DNA from: a bacterium
GTDB taxonomy: Bacteria; Fibrobacterota; Fibrobacteria; UBA11236
Length of the DNA stretch: 64,000 bases
Reading direction: 5' to 3'
Assembly: GCA_900299345.1 (NCBI GenBank)
Contig: OMJM01000031.1
Coordinates: forward strand, 14,788 to 78,787
Made by a program: the position numbers and the translations under genes. The notes beneath the pieces are model-generated. The model had not been told where the DNA came from and searched no databases. It saw nothing but the letters and a program-made list of their open reading frames with translations. Positions 8,618 through 17,968 of the stretch are shown here, piece by piece (within the stretch, counting starts at the first letter, position 1; each line of letters starts with the position of its first letter).

Positions 8618-11056
8618 ATGACTAAGACGATTTTTACGAAATGTTTGGCTGCAGCCTTGATGCTGTTTGCGGTGGCTTCAAGCCAGCCCATCGGCAAAAC
8701 CGGCGCGTGTCCGACTTTAACACGCAGCAATTCCTACATGGGAATCAACCTGGTTAACGGCACGCCGTCAGGCGAGGCGTACGCGTTTACCGGCAAAAGC
8801 TGGCAGGTGACCCCTCGCTCCTGGCAGACCTCTGCGGGACAGATTCAAGACCCCCTGACGCCTGCGCAGTCCGTGAATTGCGTTCAGGTACCTACCGGTC
8901 TGAAGGCGGAAATCATCGCCTCGGAATTGACGCCCGGCAATGGCGCTCCCATGGCCTATCCCATGAATTTCACCTTTGACGAACGCGGCCGCATGTGGGT
9001 TATTGAACCTCGGGATTATCCCTTCATCCATGACACGACCACAGGTTTTCCGACAAACACCTCGAACGGTATTGCTTCGAACCGTCTTGCGGGCAAGGGC
9101 CGCATCCTGATTTTCGAAGACGTCAACGGCGACGGTGCCATGGACAACTTCAAAGTGTTTTACACCGGCTTGGCGATGCCCACCAGCATTGAACTCGTAA
9201 AGAATGGTGTGATCGTCACGGTGCCCCCCAACATCTATATCATTCCCAACGCCAACGACGTGGCCGGTACACCGCAAATCGTCGTCTCGGGCATGGGATC
9301 CAGCAGCAACAACTACGATGCCCATGGTCAGACTAACAGCCTGACCTATGGTCTCGACAACTACGTCTATGGTCACGTGGGCTACAACGGTTGCGGTTCG
9401 CCCGTGGTCGGCTCGAACCCTGGGGTGACCTGCGGTGGCGGTAACATCTGGCGCTTCAAAGCCACCGCGATCGGATCCGATACCAATCAATTCCAGATCG
9501 TTTCCAACAATGGTCCCTCCAACTCCCACGGCATCGGCCAGATGGAAGATGGTCAATGGTTCAAATCCGGCGCCACCCTCTCCTCCCACTCCAACCATCA
9601 GGTTCGCTTCGGTCAGGGCGCCAATGACATCCGTACTTCCACGGGCAGTGGCACGACGGGTACCAATCGCTTCTTCTCTATGACTTCGGACCGCTGGCTG
9701 TGGGAAGGCAACAATGACAGTTTGAGTGGCGGCACATTTGCTCCGGGCGGCTATTTCTCCACGCAGACATCTGCTGTTTCGGGTCACGATTTCTACACCG
9801 CGCGACTCCTGCCGCAACAATACTGGAACCGCTTCGGGTTCGCTTGCGAGGGTGCCAGCGGCCTTTGCAATGAAGACAGTCTTTCAGAAAACGGAAGCAC
9901 TTGGCGGGCCAATCGTATGCTGCCGCCGGGACGCAATCCGAATATCTTCGCCTCCACGGACGCTTGGACTGCACCCCTCAAAGTCCGGACCGGCCCGGAT
10001 GGCGCCCTATATGTGTTGGACTGGTACAACTACCTGTTCCTTCACAACCCTGCGACTCCGGCCACGGATGCCGCTTGGCGTAACCCGCTGCGCGCCAAAT
10101 CCCGCGCCCGGTTCTATCGCATTTTGCCTGCGGATGGTCACACGGACGTGCTACTCAACCTGACGAATGCCACACCGGCTCAGCTCGTGTCTGTTTTCTG
10201 GAGCAGCAATTTCACGTGGCGTTTGATGGCCCAACGTCAGCTTTTGTGGAGGAATTACACCACAGTCGAAAAGGATTCCCTCCTCACGTTGCTTGAAAAC
10301 GTCCTTACTCAACATCGTTATCCTGACACGGTTGGAATCGATGGACCGGTGCTTCACTCCCTCTGGACCTTGCATGGTATGGGCGAATTCAAAACAAACC
10401 CCAACCGTTGGAATCCCATCCTGAAAAACCTGCTGTTACATCCGGCTTGGAGCGTGCGCCGCAACGTGGCGCTTGCCATGCCCCGCACGGCTGCTTCGGC
10501 TCAGGCCATCGTGGATCAATGCGCGGTCAACGATACGCATGCTCATGTGCGCGTGCAGATGCTGGATGCGCTGGCCGCCATGCCGGCACCGAGCGCACCC
10601 GCTCAAATGGTCGCGACCTACCATAATACAGACACCTATTCCACCGGAGCATTTACCAGCGCCGGCGCCAGCAAGGTTGTGGAAATCACCGGCACCACAC
10701 GCCCCACGTCTTGCGCCTCTTATACGGCTCTTAGTGCCCCCGATGCCGCCAAGCCCAATGTGCCGTCTGTGGGTGTCCGCTCAACCGGATCCCTCGAAGC
10801 CCGTAATCATTTGCGCTTCAGCTTGACCCACAATGGTTTCGAGCTCCAAACGCAGCACGGACAACTGCCCTCGGGTGAATTGGTGGTGTATGATCTGCGC
10901 GGCAGCGTGGCATTCCGCTCCACCTACAACTCAGCAACGGGTACTTGGTCCCAGAAGACCGCTTCGGGCCTGAACATGTCCGTCTATTTCTACTCCTTCC
11001 GCGGAGTGAATGGCGACAAGTTCGACGGACGCATTTTCACGAACGAGGAACTGTAA
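8618..11056 (+). CDS. secreted beta-propeller/HEAT-like protein with T9SS-type C-terminal domain; paralog B of 6087..8390
   Basis: GGAG RBS, ATG 8618; signal peptide MTKTIFTKCLAAALMLFAVASS; shares TGACPT, GKGRILIFEDVNGDGAMDNFKVFY, DWYNYLFLHNPATPAT, HEAT-like region and C-terminal ..LVVYDLRGSVAFRS..MSVYFYSF.. with paralog A. Confidence 0.65.
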   Translation: MTKTIFTKCLAAALMLFAVASSQPIGKTGACPTLTRSNSYMGINLVNGTPSGEAYAFTGKSWQVTPRSWQTSAGQIQDPLTPAQSVNCVQVPTGLKAEIIASELTPGNGAPMAYPMNFTFDERGRMWVIEPRDYPFIHDTTTGFPTNTSNGIASNRLAGKGRILIFEDVNGDGAMDNFKVFYTGLAMPTSIELVKNGVIVTVPPNIYIIPNANDVAGTPQIVVSGMGSSSNNYDAHGQTNSLTYGLDNYVYGHVGYNGCGSPVVGSNPGVTCGGGNIWRFKATAIGSDTNQFQIVSNNGPSNSHGIGQMEDGQWFKSGATLSSHSNHQVRFGQGANDIRTSTGSGTTGTNRFFSMTSDRWLWEGNNDSLSGGTFAPGGYFSTQTSAVSGHDFYTARLLPQQYWNRFGFACEGASGLCNEDSLSENGSTWRANRMLPPGRNPNIFASTDAWTAPLKVRTGPDGALYVLDWYNYLFLHNPATPATDAAWRNPLRAKSRARFYRILPADGHTDVLLNLTNATPAQLVSVFWSSNFTWRLMAQRQLLWRNYTTVEKDSLLTLLENVLTQHRYPDTVGIDGPVLHSLWTLHGMGEFKTNPNRWNPILKNLLLHPAWSVRRNVALAMPRTAASAQAIVDQCAVNDTHAHVRVQMLDALAAMPAPSAPAQMVATYHNTDTYSTGAFTSAGASKVVEITGTTRPTSCASYTALSAPDAAKPNVPSVGVRSTGSLEARNHLRFSLTHNGFELQTQHGQLPSGELVVYDLRGSVAFRSTYNSATGTWSQKTASGLNMSVYFYSFRGVNGDKFDGRIFTNEEL

Positions 11057-11077
11057 TCCCGAATCCCAGACTCTCAA

Positions 11078-11108
11078 AGCCTCCCGTGAAAGCGGGAGGC
11101 TTTTTTAT
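11078..11108 (+). terminator. rho-independent terminator after paralog B
   Basis: 9-bp stem AGCCTCCCG/CGGGAGGCT with 6-nt loop followed by TTTTTTATT. Confidence 0.7.
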
Positions 11109-11140
11109 TGGATGTATTTTTTGCCTTCAAGAGGACACAT

Positions 11141-11620
11141 ATGCTGCTCGAAAAAATCAACGCCGACTTGATCGCCACCATGAAGGATCGGGAGCCCTCC
11201 CGCAAGGAGGCCAATCAGGCCAAGGTGACGAGCTTGCGCACCTTGCTCGCGGAGGTCAAGACCTTCCAGGTGAACAACCGTCGGGATCCCTCGGATGAAG
11301 AAGTCTCCGCCATCCTCCAGAAAGGTATCAAGCAATTTAAGGAGACCTTGGACAAGGCCAAGGGACAGAATCAATCGGGCATTGTCCGTGAAGACATCGT
11401 GGCGCAAGAAAACGCCAAGATCGCTCTATACGAAGCCTATCTGCCCGCCCAAATGACACGCCCCGAAATCGAAGCCCTCGTGCGTGAAGCCATTGCACAA
11501 ACAGGAGCCTCATCACCCAGGGACATGGGAGCGGTCATGGGAGCCATCCGCCCCAAGACTCAGGGAAAAGCCGATGGAAAACTGGTCAGCGATATCGTAC
11601 GGGAACTGCTTCCCAAGTAA
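11141..11620 (+). CDS. GatB/YqeY domain-containing protein
   Basis: MLLEKINADLIATMKDRE...ALVREAI..GA...DMGAVMGAI..KTQGKADGKLVSDIV pattern characteristic of YqeY/GatB-like proteins; about 160 aa. Confidence 0.8.
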   Translation: MLLEKINADLIATMKDREPSRKEANQAKVTSLRTLLAEVKTFQVNNRRDPSDEEVSAILQKGIKQFKETLDKAKGQNQSGIVREDIVAQENAKIALYEAYLPAQMTRPEIEALVREAIAQTGASSPRDMGAVMGAIRPKTQGKADGKLVSDIVRELLPK

Positions 11621-11806
11621 ATGGCCGACATCATCTGCTACTGCTTCAACGTCGAAAAACAGCGCATCACCGCAGCCATTGAAAACGGCTGCCGGACCGT
11701 GCCGGAGATCCGGGAATTACTCGGCGTGACCGGCAATTGCGCCACCTGCCAGCCCGACATCGAAGCCCTGCTGAATTTTTACGGGCGATTTCCAAAAACC
11801 AGTTAG
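11621..11806 (+). CDS. BFD-like [2Fe-2S]-binding domain protein
   Basis: 61 aa, Cys at ICYCF and CATC spaced as in bacterioferritin-associated ferredoxin/BFD-like domains; ATG directly follows TAA of upstream gene (translational coupling). Confidence 0.65.
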   Translation: MADIICYCFNVEKQRITAAIENGCRTVPEIRELLGVTGNCATCQPDIEALLNFYGRFPKTS

Positions 11807-12918
11807 ACTCTGTCCGGTTCCACGCGCAACACTGCAGCCTTGCCCAATAACCGGGTAAACACCAGGGTCGCGGAATTGGAGCCTTTGGGCTTCAATTTTT
11901 TACGCCATGTTTCGGGATCGATATCCAATCCGCGTTTCTTGATCTCCAGGATTCCAATCTCACCGGAGAGGATTTCGTTCCTCAACGCGCGTTCGTCCAA
12001 AGTAAGGGCTTTCAACACGCGGTAACGTTTAAGCAATGGCGAGACAATTCTTTTATTGCCGCTCAGATAAGCAATCCGGCCGTCCAGCTGCCACAATCCC
12101 GTTTGCTGCGCGAGGACGCCGAACAGGTGAGCGCGCACCACGCATTTGACCGGTTCATAGAACCATTCCCCCAGATCCTCAACGCGGCCGAAACTATCCG
12201 GGAGATCGCAGGCCTGCGCTTCAATTGCAACCGCAGCAGGCATTTCCACGGCACGTACCCACCCCTGACGGCCAAAGGAACCTGTGCGCACTGTCAGCTC
12301 CAGGCACTCATCCTCATCGCCGAGGTATTCCATCTCTCCCACTTCCGACAAGGCGTCCGGAATTTTCGCGCCCGGCCCCAGCTTGACCGCGCAATTGCCG
12401 TAATGCTCCACGATATCCTGAAGCGCATCCCATCCGGGCTCGGGTTCGGTGTCAAAGTCCCGATCTTTCGCAAGCGACACTAAAGCACGTCGGGCCGGAT
12501 CGATAAAAATCCCATCCACCTTTGTTTGCAACCGGGTCACATCGGCTTGAATAGCAACCGCCTTCCGGAATAGAGCGGTGTTATGGCGATAGGCCCTCAA
12601 TGCATCCACATCCCGATCCACTCCAAACACGGCTATCTGTTGCGGAAGATGGAGCGAATCCCCCCCCACCCCGCAGCAAAGATCCGCAACAGTGCGCAAG
12701 CCTTCGGGAAGACGTCCCGCTTTGTATCTCGCGAGCGGTTCGGAGGTCATCTGTTGCATGCCCAGTGGCGTAAGCAGCATCTCACGGGCGCGGCTGTGTT
12801 TGCGCAGCGCCTTGAAACGCAAAGCGCGCTGCTCCAGCAACGCCGTGCGCTGGAACACCGACAAGGTCTTCATCCATGGCGACGAAGACAGGGCCAAATC
12901 GTCGCGCTCATCCTGCAT
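11803..12918 (-). CDS. class I SAM-dependent methyltransferase with C-terminal THUMP-like region (putative RNA methyltransferase)
   Basis: SAM motif I VADLCCGVGGDSL, motif FGVDRD, post-I IFIDPARR; start taken at MQDERDD (12918) so as not to overlap divergent acpS; substrate unknown. Confidence 0.6.
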   Translation of the reverse strand: MQDERDDLALSSSPWMKTLSVFQRTALLEQRALRFKALRKHSRAREMLLTPLGMQQMTSEPLARYKAGRLPEGLRTVADLCCGVGGDSLHLPQQIAVFGVDRDVDALRAYRHNTALFRKAVAIQADVTRLQTKVDGIFIDPARRALVSLAKDRDFDTEPEPGWDALQDIVEHYGNCAVKLGPGAKIPDALSEVGEMEYLGDEDECLELTVRTGSFGRQGWVRAVEMPAAVAIEAQACDLPDSFGRVEDLGEWFYEPVKCVVRAHLFGVLAQQTGLWQLDGRIAYLSGNKRIVSPLLKRYRVLKALTLDERALRNEILSGEIGILEIKKRGLDIDPETWRKKLKPKGSNSATLVFTRLLGKAAVLRVEPDRV

Positions 12919-12976
12919 GACATTGTGCAACAACTCCGCGCCTTGCGACGAGGTTAAAAACGCTAACTTTGACGGG

Positions 12977-13348
12977 ATGATCATCGGCATCGGCACGGAT
13001 ATCGCACTTGTGGCAAGAATAAGAAAGTTGAGCGCGGCTGCCGTATCGCGATTACTCACCGAAAAAGAACTGGCTTACTGCAAGCGTTATACGGATCCCC
13101 ACGTGCGCATCACGGGAAGATTCGCCGCGAAAGAAGCCGTGCTCAAAGCTCTGGGCACAGGCTTGAGCGGAGGAATCTCATGGCGTCAAATCGAAATTCT
13201 TCCCGACGCAAAGGGTGCGCCCAAGGCATCATTCAAGGGCGAAATAAAACGTCGTTTGCGCGAGATGAATGCAACCCGTTGTCATATCTCGATTTCACAT
13301 CAGGGCGCGTATGCGGCGGCTTTTGCCGTTCTCGAAAACAAATTTTAA
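12977..13348 (+). CDS. acpS: holo-[acyl-carrier-protein] synthase
   Basis: MIIGIGTDIALVARI N-terminus, FAAKEAVLKALG and ISISH motifs typical of AcpS; 124 aa. Confidence 0.85.
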   Translation: MIIGIGTDIALVARIRKLSAAAVSRLLTEKELAYCKRYTDPHVRITGRFAAKEAVLKALGTGLSGGISWRQIEILPDAKGAPKASFKGEIKRRLREMNATRCHISISHQGAYAAAFAVLENKF

Positions 13349-13450
13349 ACGCTTGACATTGGCCCGCCATCGTAATATGTTCAAGATAGAGGCCGCGCCG
13401 AAATCCGTTTTCATCGCCGGCGCGGTATATACCCGCAACGGAGGCCTGAC

Positions 13451-13834
13451 ATGAAGCCGCTCTACGTCAAATGCCCGCAATGCAAGGAATCCAGCGAATT
13501 AATGCTGGATTCCGAAGCGCATATGATCGTGTTGCACTGCCCGTCCTGCAACGCGGCACTCATGTACTACTACGGCAAGACCTTCGCCATCGACGAGGGT
13601 GAAATGGACAAGATTCAGGGCAACGCCCAAATGACCACGGTGCGCGGCATCCTCAAAAATTCCTCGCGGGAGCCGGGGAAAAGCGCCGCCGTCGTCCGCA
13701 GGACGGAGGTTCAAGCCTCGCATCGGGCCGGTGCACCCGTTCGCGAAAAACCGTTTGCCGAAGACGATATCACCAACCTGAAGATTGACCTGGCACTCGC
13801 CAAGGACGTCAACGACTTCATTCAGGGGATGTAA
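13451..13834 (+). CDS. hypothetical zinc-ribbon protein
   Basis: CPQC...HCPSC pair (CxxC-X19-CxxC) at N-terminus; strong GGAGG RBS 7 nt upstream; no recognisable family. Confidence 0.5.
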   Translation: MKPLYVKCPQCKESSELMLDSEAHMIVLHCPSCNAALMYYYGKTFAIDEGEMDKIQGNAQMTTVRGILKNSSREPGKSAAVVRRTEVQASHRAGAPVREKPFAEDDITNLKIDLALAKDVNDFIQGM

Positions 13835-13843
13835 GACAGGGTT

Positions 13844-15637
13844 TCAAGCGTCGGCAAGGTGGCATGCCACCTTGCCTTTTTTTATGTCCCGTAGCGGGGG
13901 CAATACCGTTTCGCACTCCGCATGATGATTTCGAAGATATAACGGGCAGCGGTTTCGAAACGGACACCCTGTTTGCAGGCGCACCGGTTCCACATCGGGA
14001 AATTCAGCGCAAATACCCCTCAATTTTTCGTCATCCAGGGACGGGACCGAAGCCAACAGTAATCGGGTGTAAGGATGCCTCGCCCGTTCCACAGTGAAAT
14101 CTTCGGCAGGCGCCTCCTCAATTAAACGCCCCATGTACATCACGCCAATGCGATGCGCCAGCAACTTGACCAAGGCAAGATTGTGGGAAATGAAGAGATA
14201 CGTCAATCCCATTTTCTCCTGAAACTCCCGAAGGAGCTCCAATATCTGGGCCTGGATGGCGAGGTCGAGGCTGGCCACCGGTTCATCGCAGACCAACACC
14301 TTGGGCCGGGTGATGAGCGCACGCGCAATGGTGACACGTTGCTTTTCCCCGGAACTCAGATTGGACGGATATCTCTTCGCATGCACGGGATCAAGATGAA
14401 CCTGTTCCAGAACTTTTGAAATCCGCTCTTGGACTTCCGCAGGACTGCGGACATCTTCCCGTTCAAGCGCTTCACGAAGAGTGGCCTCCACTGTCATGCC
14501 CGCATTGAGCACGGCCTCCGGATGCTGGAACAACATCCGGATTGCGCGGCGCAACTCCCGAATCCTGGACTTCCCGGATTTCAGCCAGTTCTCACCCCGA
14601 TACAATACCTCTCCGCCATCCACGCCCTGCAAAGCCATCATGGAAAGCGCCAAAGTGGATTTTCCGGAACCGCTCTCCCCCACCACCGCGTAAGTCTCTC
14701 CTGCTCTGAGGAACAGCGAGACCTCATCGAGCGCTTCGAACGATTTTCCCGCCAAACCAAAACGCTTGCGGAGACCTTTTGCTTCCACCAAGGTTTCGGG
14801 AGTGGCCGCACCGACCAAAGCTTTTCTCTCCCCGCTTGCAAAATAAGCAAAGGCCTGGATCAAAGATTGCGTATATGGATGCTTTGAATGGTGAAGAACC
14901 TCTGCTGTCTCACCCTGCTCGACGATGTCGCCGCGGTGCATGACATAAACGCGGGAACAGGTTTCCTGAATCACCCCAATATCGTGGGATATGAGGATGA
15001 TGGACAGCCCGTGCTTGTCACGCAATCGCTTGAAAAGCTCCAACAGCTTGGCCTGCGTGGTCACATCCAGCGCGGTGGAAGGCTCATCAGCCACCAAAAG
15101 TTTGGGCTTCGCGGAGAGCGCCATGGCGATCATCACCCGCTGGGCCATACCACCGCTGATCTGATGGGGAAACACATCCCAAAGCTGTTCGGTGTCCACC
15201 AACCCGACATCACGGAGCAACTCCAATCCTTTGTTGCGGATTTCGGCTTCGCTTCCGGAACTCCCGCCACGGAGAAGCGCTTCCCGCATGTGCTCTCCGA
15301 TTCGGAAGAATGGATCGAGCGCCGCACGCGGCTCCTGGAAAATGACGGCGATATCGCGGCCTCGCAGTTCGGCCATAAGACTGGAACCTTGCGATAGCAG
15401 GGGTTTGCCTTGGAAAAAAGCTTTCCCTTCCCGCACGCCGGGTTTGCCCCGTAAAAGGCCGAGCAACCCCATCATCAAGGTCGTTTTTCCGCTACCCGAT
15501 TGACCGATAATACCGATGATTTCCCCGGATTCCACGCGCAACGAAGCCTTGTTCACCGCATGAAGAAGCCCGTTGTCCGTCTCGAACGAGATCGACAGGC
15601 CGCTGACTTCGAGCAGGGGAACTTCACCGGCCTTCAC
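13844..15637 (-). CDS. ABC transporter ATP-binding protein, fused tandem NBDs (DppD/DppF-like peptide/nickel importer ATPase)
   Basis: Two Walker A (GQSGSGKTT, GESGSGKST), two ABC signatures (LSGGMAQRV, LSSGEKQRV), two Walker B/D-loops; C-terminal oligopeptide-transporter-type extension. Confidence 0.9.
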   Translation of the reverse strand: MKAGEVPLLEVSGLSISFETDNGLLHAVNKASLRVESGEIIGIIGQSGSGKTTLMMGLLGLLRGKPGVREGKAFFQGKPLLSQGSSLMAELRGRDIAVIFQEPRAALDPFFRIGEHMREALLRGGSSGSEAEIRNKGLELLRDVGLVDTEQLWDVFPHQISGGMAQRVMIAMALSAKPKLLVADEPSTALDVTTQAKLLELFKRLRDKHGLSIILISHDIGVIQETCSRVYVMHRGDIVEQGETAEVLHHSKHPYTQSLIQAFAYFASGERKALVGAATPETLVEAKGLRKRFGLAGKSFEALDEVSLFLRAGETYAVVGESGSGKSTLALSMMALQGVDGGEVLYRGENWLKSGKSRIRELRRAIRMLFQHPEAVLNAGMTVEATLREALEREDVRSPAEVQERISKVLEQVHLDPVHAKRYPSNLSSGEKQRVTIARALITRPKVLVCDEPVASLDLAIQAQILELLREFQEKMGLTYLFISHNLALVKLLAHRIGVMYMGRLIEEAPAEDFTVERARHPYTRLLLASVPSLDDEKLRGICAEFPDVEPVRLQTGCPFRNRCPLYLRNHHAECETVLPPLRDIKKGKVACHLADA

Positions 15638-16658
15638 GATGCGCCAACCTTGCGTTCAATCCGTCACCGAGATAAAAGAAACCCAGAATGGCCAGCACAA
15701 TGGCCGCGGCAGGGAAAAAGGTGATCCAGTATTGCCCGCTGAAAAATGTCAGCCGGCTTCCCTCGATGATGTTGCCCCAGGAAACTTCCGGTGGCCGCGT
15801 TCCAAACTGGAGATAACTCAGCGTCGTCTCCACGAGGATGGATTCCGCCATGATCAGCGAAAACTGGACAAAGAACACCGCACGGTTCTGGTACCAGAAC
15901 AGATGTCGTGTCAAAATCCGGAAGTCGCCGAGGCCGCCTTCCTTGGCCGCAAGGATAAAGCCCATTTTGGACAACGCACGTACCCGCGTGGCGATCAACT
16001 CAGACACGCGGGGGATCAACGTGACTCCCAGCACCGCCATGGTCAGGTACACGTTCGGCTCTAACGCGCAGATCACCACCAGAATCAGCACCATGCGGGG
16101 CATGGAAAGCAAGGTGCCATTGAACACCTGCGCGAAGAGCCGCCAGCGCCCGTCGTAATATCCCGCAAGCAAACCCAGCCATACTCCGACTCCCAGGGCC
16201 ACGGCACAAGCCACCAATCCCGGCAGGAAACAATTGCGCGCACCGGCCACCAACAGGGCGGTCATGTCACGTCCGTTTTTATCGGTACCAAGAACATGGC
16301 CGTGAGCCGTCAAAAGACTCGCATCCGGAACCTGGGCCTTTGTTCCATCATCGAGAGCTCCCAGGATATCTTCATCCGCGGTAACCGAAGATCCACCCGC
16401 CGACCCGTTGCCTTGCAGCAAGAGTTTACGCCCCGCTTCGGTGGTGGTCAGGTGCATCAGCCAATTAGAGGAGGGTGGGACAAGTTGGTGTTCAAAATCC
16501 ATTTCATCTGATTTGAACCGGGTCCAAAAATTACCTGACACCGCCGTCAAGACAAGGAACACCACAATGGCCCCACCGGTGAGCATTCTCCAGCCGCCAG
16601 GTTTGCGCAGAAAAACCAACAAACTCATCTTCAACGCCTCAGGCGCGGGTCGATCCAC
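15624..16658 (-). CDS. ABC transporter permease (DppC/OppC-like)
   Basis: BPD_transp_1-type membrane protein, 6 TM segments, EAA-like loop; 14-nt overlap with ATPase gene. Confidence 0.85.
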   Translation of the reverse strand: MDRPAPEALKMSLLVFLRKPGGWRMLTGGAIVVFLVLTAVSGNFWTRFKSDEMDFEHQLVPPSSNWLMHLTTTEAGRKLLLQGNGSAGGSSVTADEDILGALDDGTKAQVPDASLLTAHGHVLGTDKNGRDMTALLVAGARNCFLPGLVACAVALGVGVWLGLLAGYYDGRWRLFAQVFNGTLLSMPRMVLILVVICALEPNVYLTMAVLGVTLIPRVSELIATRVRALSKMGFILAAKEGGLGDFRILTRHLFWYQNRAVFFVQFSLIMAESILVETTLSYLQFGTRPPEVSWGNIIEGSRLTFFSGQYWITFFPAAAIVLAILGFFYLGDGLNARLAHREGR

Positions 16659-17542
16659 GCGGAGAGCAGTTCATTTACCAGCATCAGAAAACGGACAATG
16701 ACCGCCATGAGGAGTGTAATCCCGAGGATCACGGGAAAATCCCGCTTGAGGGTGGCCTCCCATGACAACCAACCCAGCCCGTGGAAATTGAAGATGCGCT
16801 CAACCACAACGAGGCCGCCGAGCAGGACCGCGACATTCGTCACCGCGATGTTGAAAATCGGGGGGATCATGGATCGCAGGAAATGCGGCCACAGCCGGAC
16901 ACCACGTGCGCGCGCCGCCTTCATGAACATGGCACCGTCCACCTGGCGCGCCTCCAGCGAAATGAAGCGCACCAGTTCTCCGAGAGCGCCGTTGCCGATC
17001 GCCAGAATGCAGACTGGCAGCAGATAATAGGCGGCCCATGCGACAAGGTTAAATGGCCCTTCCGGAGGTGCGGTGATATACACCTTGAAAACACCGAAGG
17101 CCACGGCCAGTACAATGTATCCCAGCACAAAGGTCGGCGTGGAAGAAACGGCGTACATCACCGCACTCAGCATTTTCCCGGCACGCGAAGCGGGTCGCAG
17201 ACCCAGATACATGCCGGCGGGAATTGCCAACAGCAACGCCAGTAAAAGCGAACCGAAGGTCAGGAACAGCGTGGTGGGCGCGTAATCGCGAAGCAATGCG
17301 GCGACAGGTGTTCCATCCGAAAGCGAAATTCCGAAATCGAAGCGCAGACAATGGCCCAACCAGAGGAAATACTGGACAGGCAGTGGACGGTCGAGATAAA
17401 GGGATCGGGCGGTTTCCGGGGAAAGATTGTGGATCTCGGCGATGTCTCCCGGTGTAAGATGTACTACACCAAAAATGACCGCAGAGACCAGCAGCAAAGA
17501 ACCGGCAAACAGCGCCGCGCCGCGAAGAAAATTACGCAGCAA
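16631..17542 (-). CDS. ABC transporter permease (DppB/OppB-like)
   Basis: N-terminal MLRNFLRGAALFAGSLLLVSAVIFGVVHLTPGD typical of DppB/OppB; overlaps downstream permease by 28 nt. Confidence 0.85.
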   Translation of the reverse strand: MLRNFLRGAALFAGSLLLVSAVIFGVVHLTPGDIAEIHNLSPETARSLYLDRPLPVQYFLWLGHCLRFDFGISLSDGTPVAALLRDYAPTTLFLTFGSLLLALLLAIPAGMYLGLRPASRAGKMLSAVMYAVSSTPTFVLGYIVLAVAFGVFKVYITAPPEGPFNLVAWAAYYLLPVCILAIGNGALGELVRFISLEARQVDGAMFMKAARARGVRLWPHFLRSMIPPIFNIAVTNVAVLLGGLVVVERIFNFHGLGWLSWEATLKRDFPVILGITLLMAVIVRFLMLVNELLSAWIDPRLRR

Positions 17543-17548
17543 CCGTGT

Positions 17549-17965
17549 TCACTGGCTGGACTTGAGGATTTTCTCGCCAGGCCCCGCGCCGGTCTCCAAA
17601 GGTCCGTTGCCTTCCAACACGGCATCCTTGGCTTCCATTTCGCGACTCATACGCACGATCACGTCCTTGTTGCTGCCTTTCTTGGGCTTGAAACCGCGGA
17701 CATAACCGGTATTTCCCTCGCGATCCTCGGCAATCAGGGTGTACTCGTTGTCGGGAATGATTTCGCCGGAAAGCTTGTAAGAACCGTCTTTGTCCACGCG
17801 CGTGGCGGAAGTTTTGGGCGCCGTGTAAACCTTCACCTCTGCATTGGTCAGTGCGGAGCCGTCGGGACGAACCACGCGCCCGCTGATGGAGGTGGCGCAA
17901 CCCGTCACCATTGCTGAAACCGAAGCGACTAAAACAAAGGCGGGGAATCGCAAAGTCTTGGTCAT
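17549..17965 (-). CDS. small lipoprotein with carboxypeptidase-regulatory-like domain
   Basis: Signal peptide with lipobox VTGC; GRVVRPDGSALTNAEVKVY..DKDGSYKL matches CarboxypepD_reg pattern; embedded between SBP and permease genes (3-6 nt spacers). Confidence 0.55.
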   Translation of the reverse strand: MTKTLRFPAFVLVASVSAMVTGCATSISGRVVRPDGSALTNAEVKVYTAPKTSATRVDKDGSYKLSGEIIPDNEYTLIAEDREGNTGYVRGFKPKKGSNKDVIVRMSREMEAKDAVLEGNGPLETGAGPGEKILKSSQ

Positions 17966-17968
17966 GGG

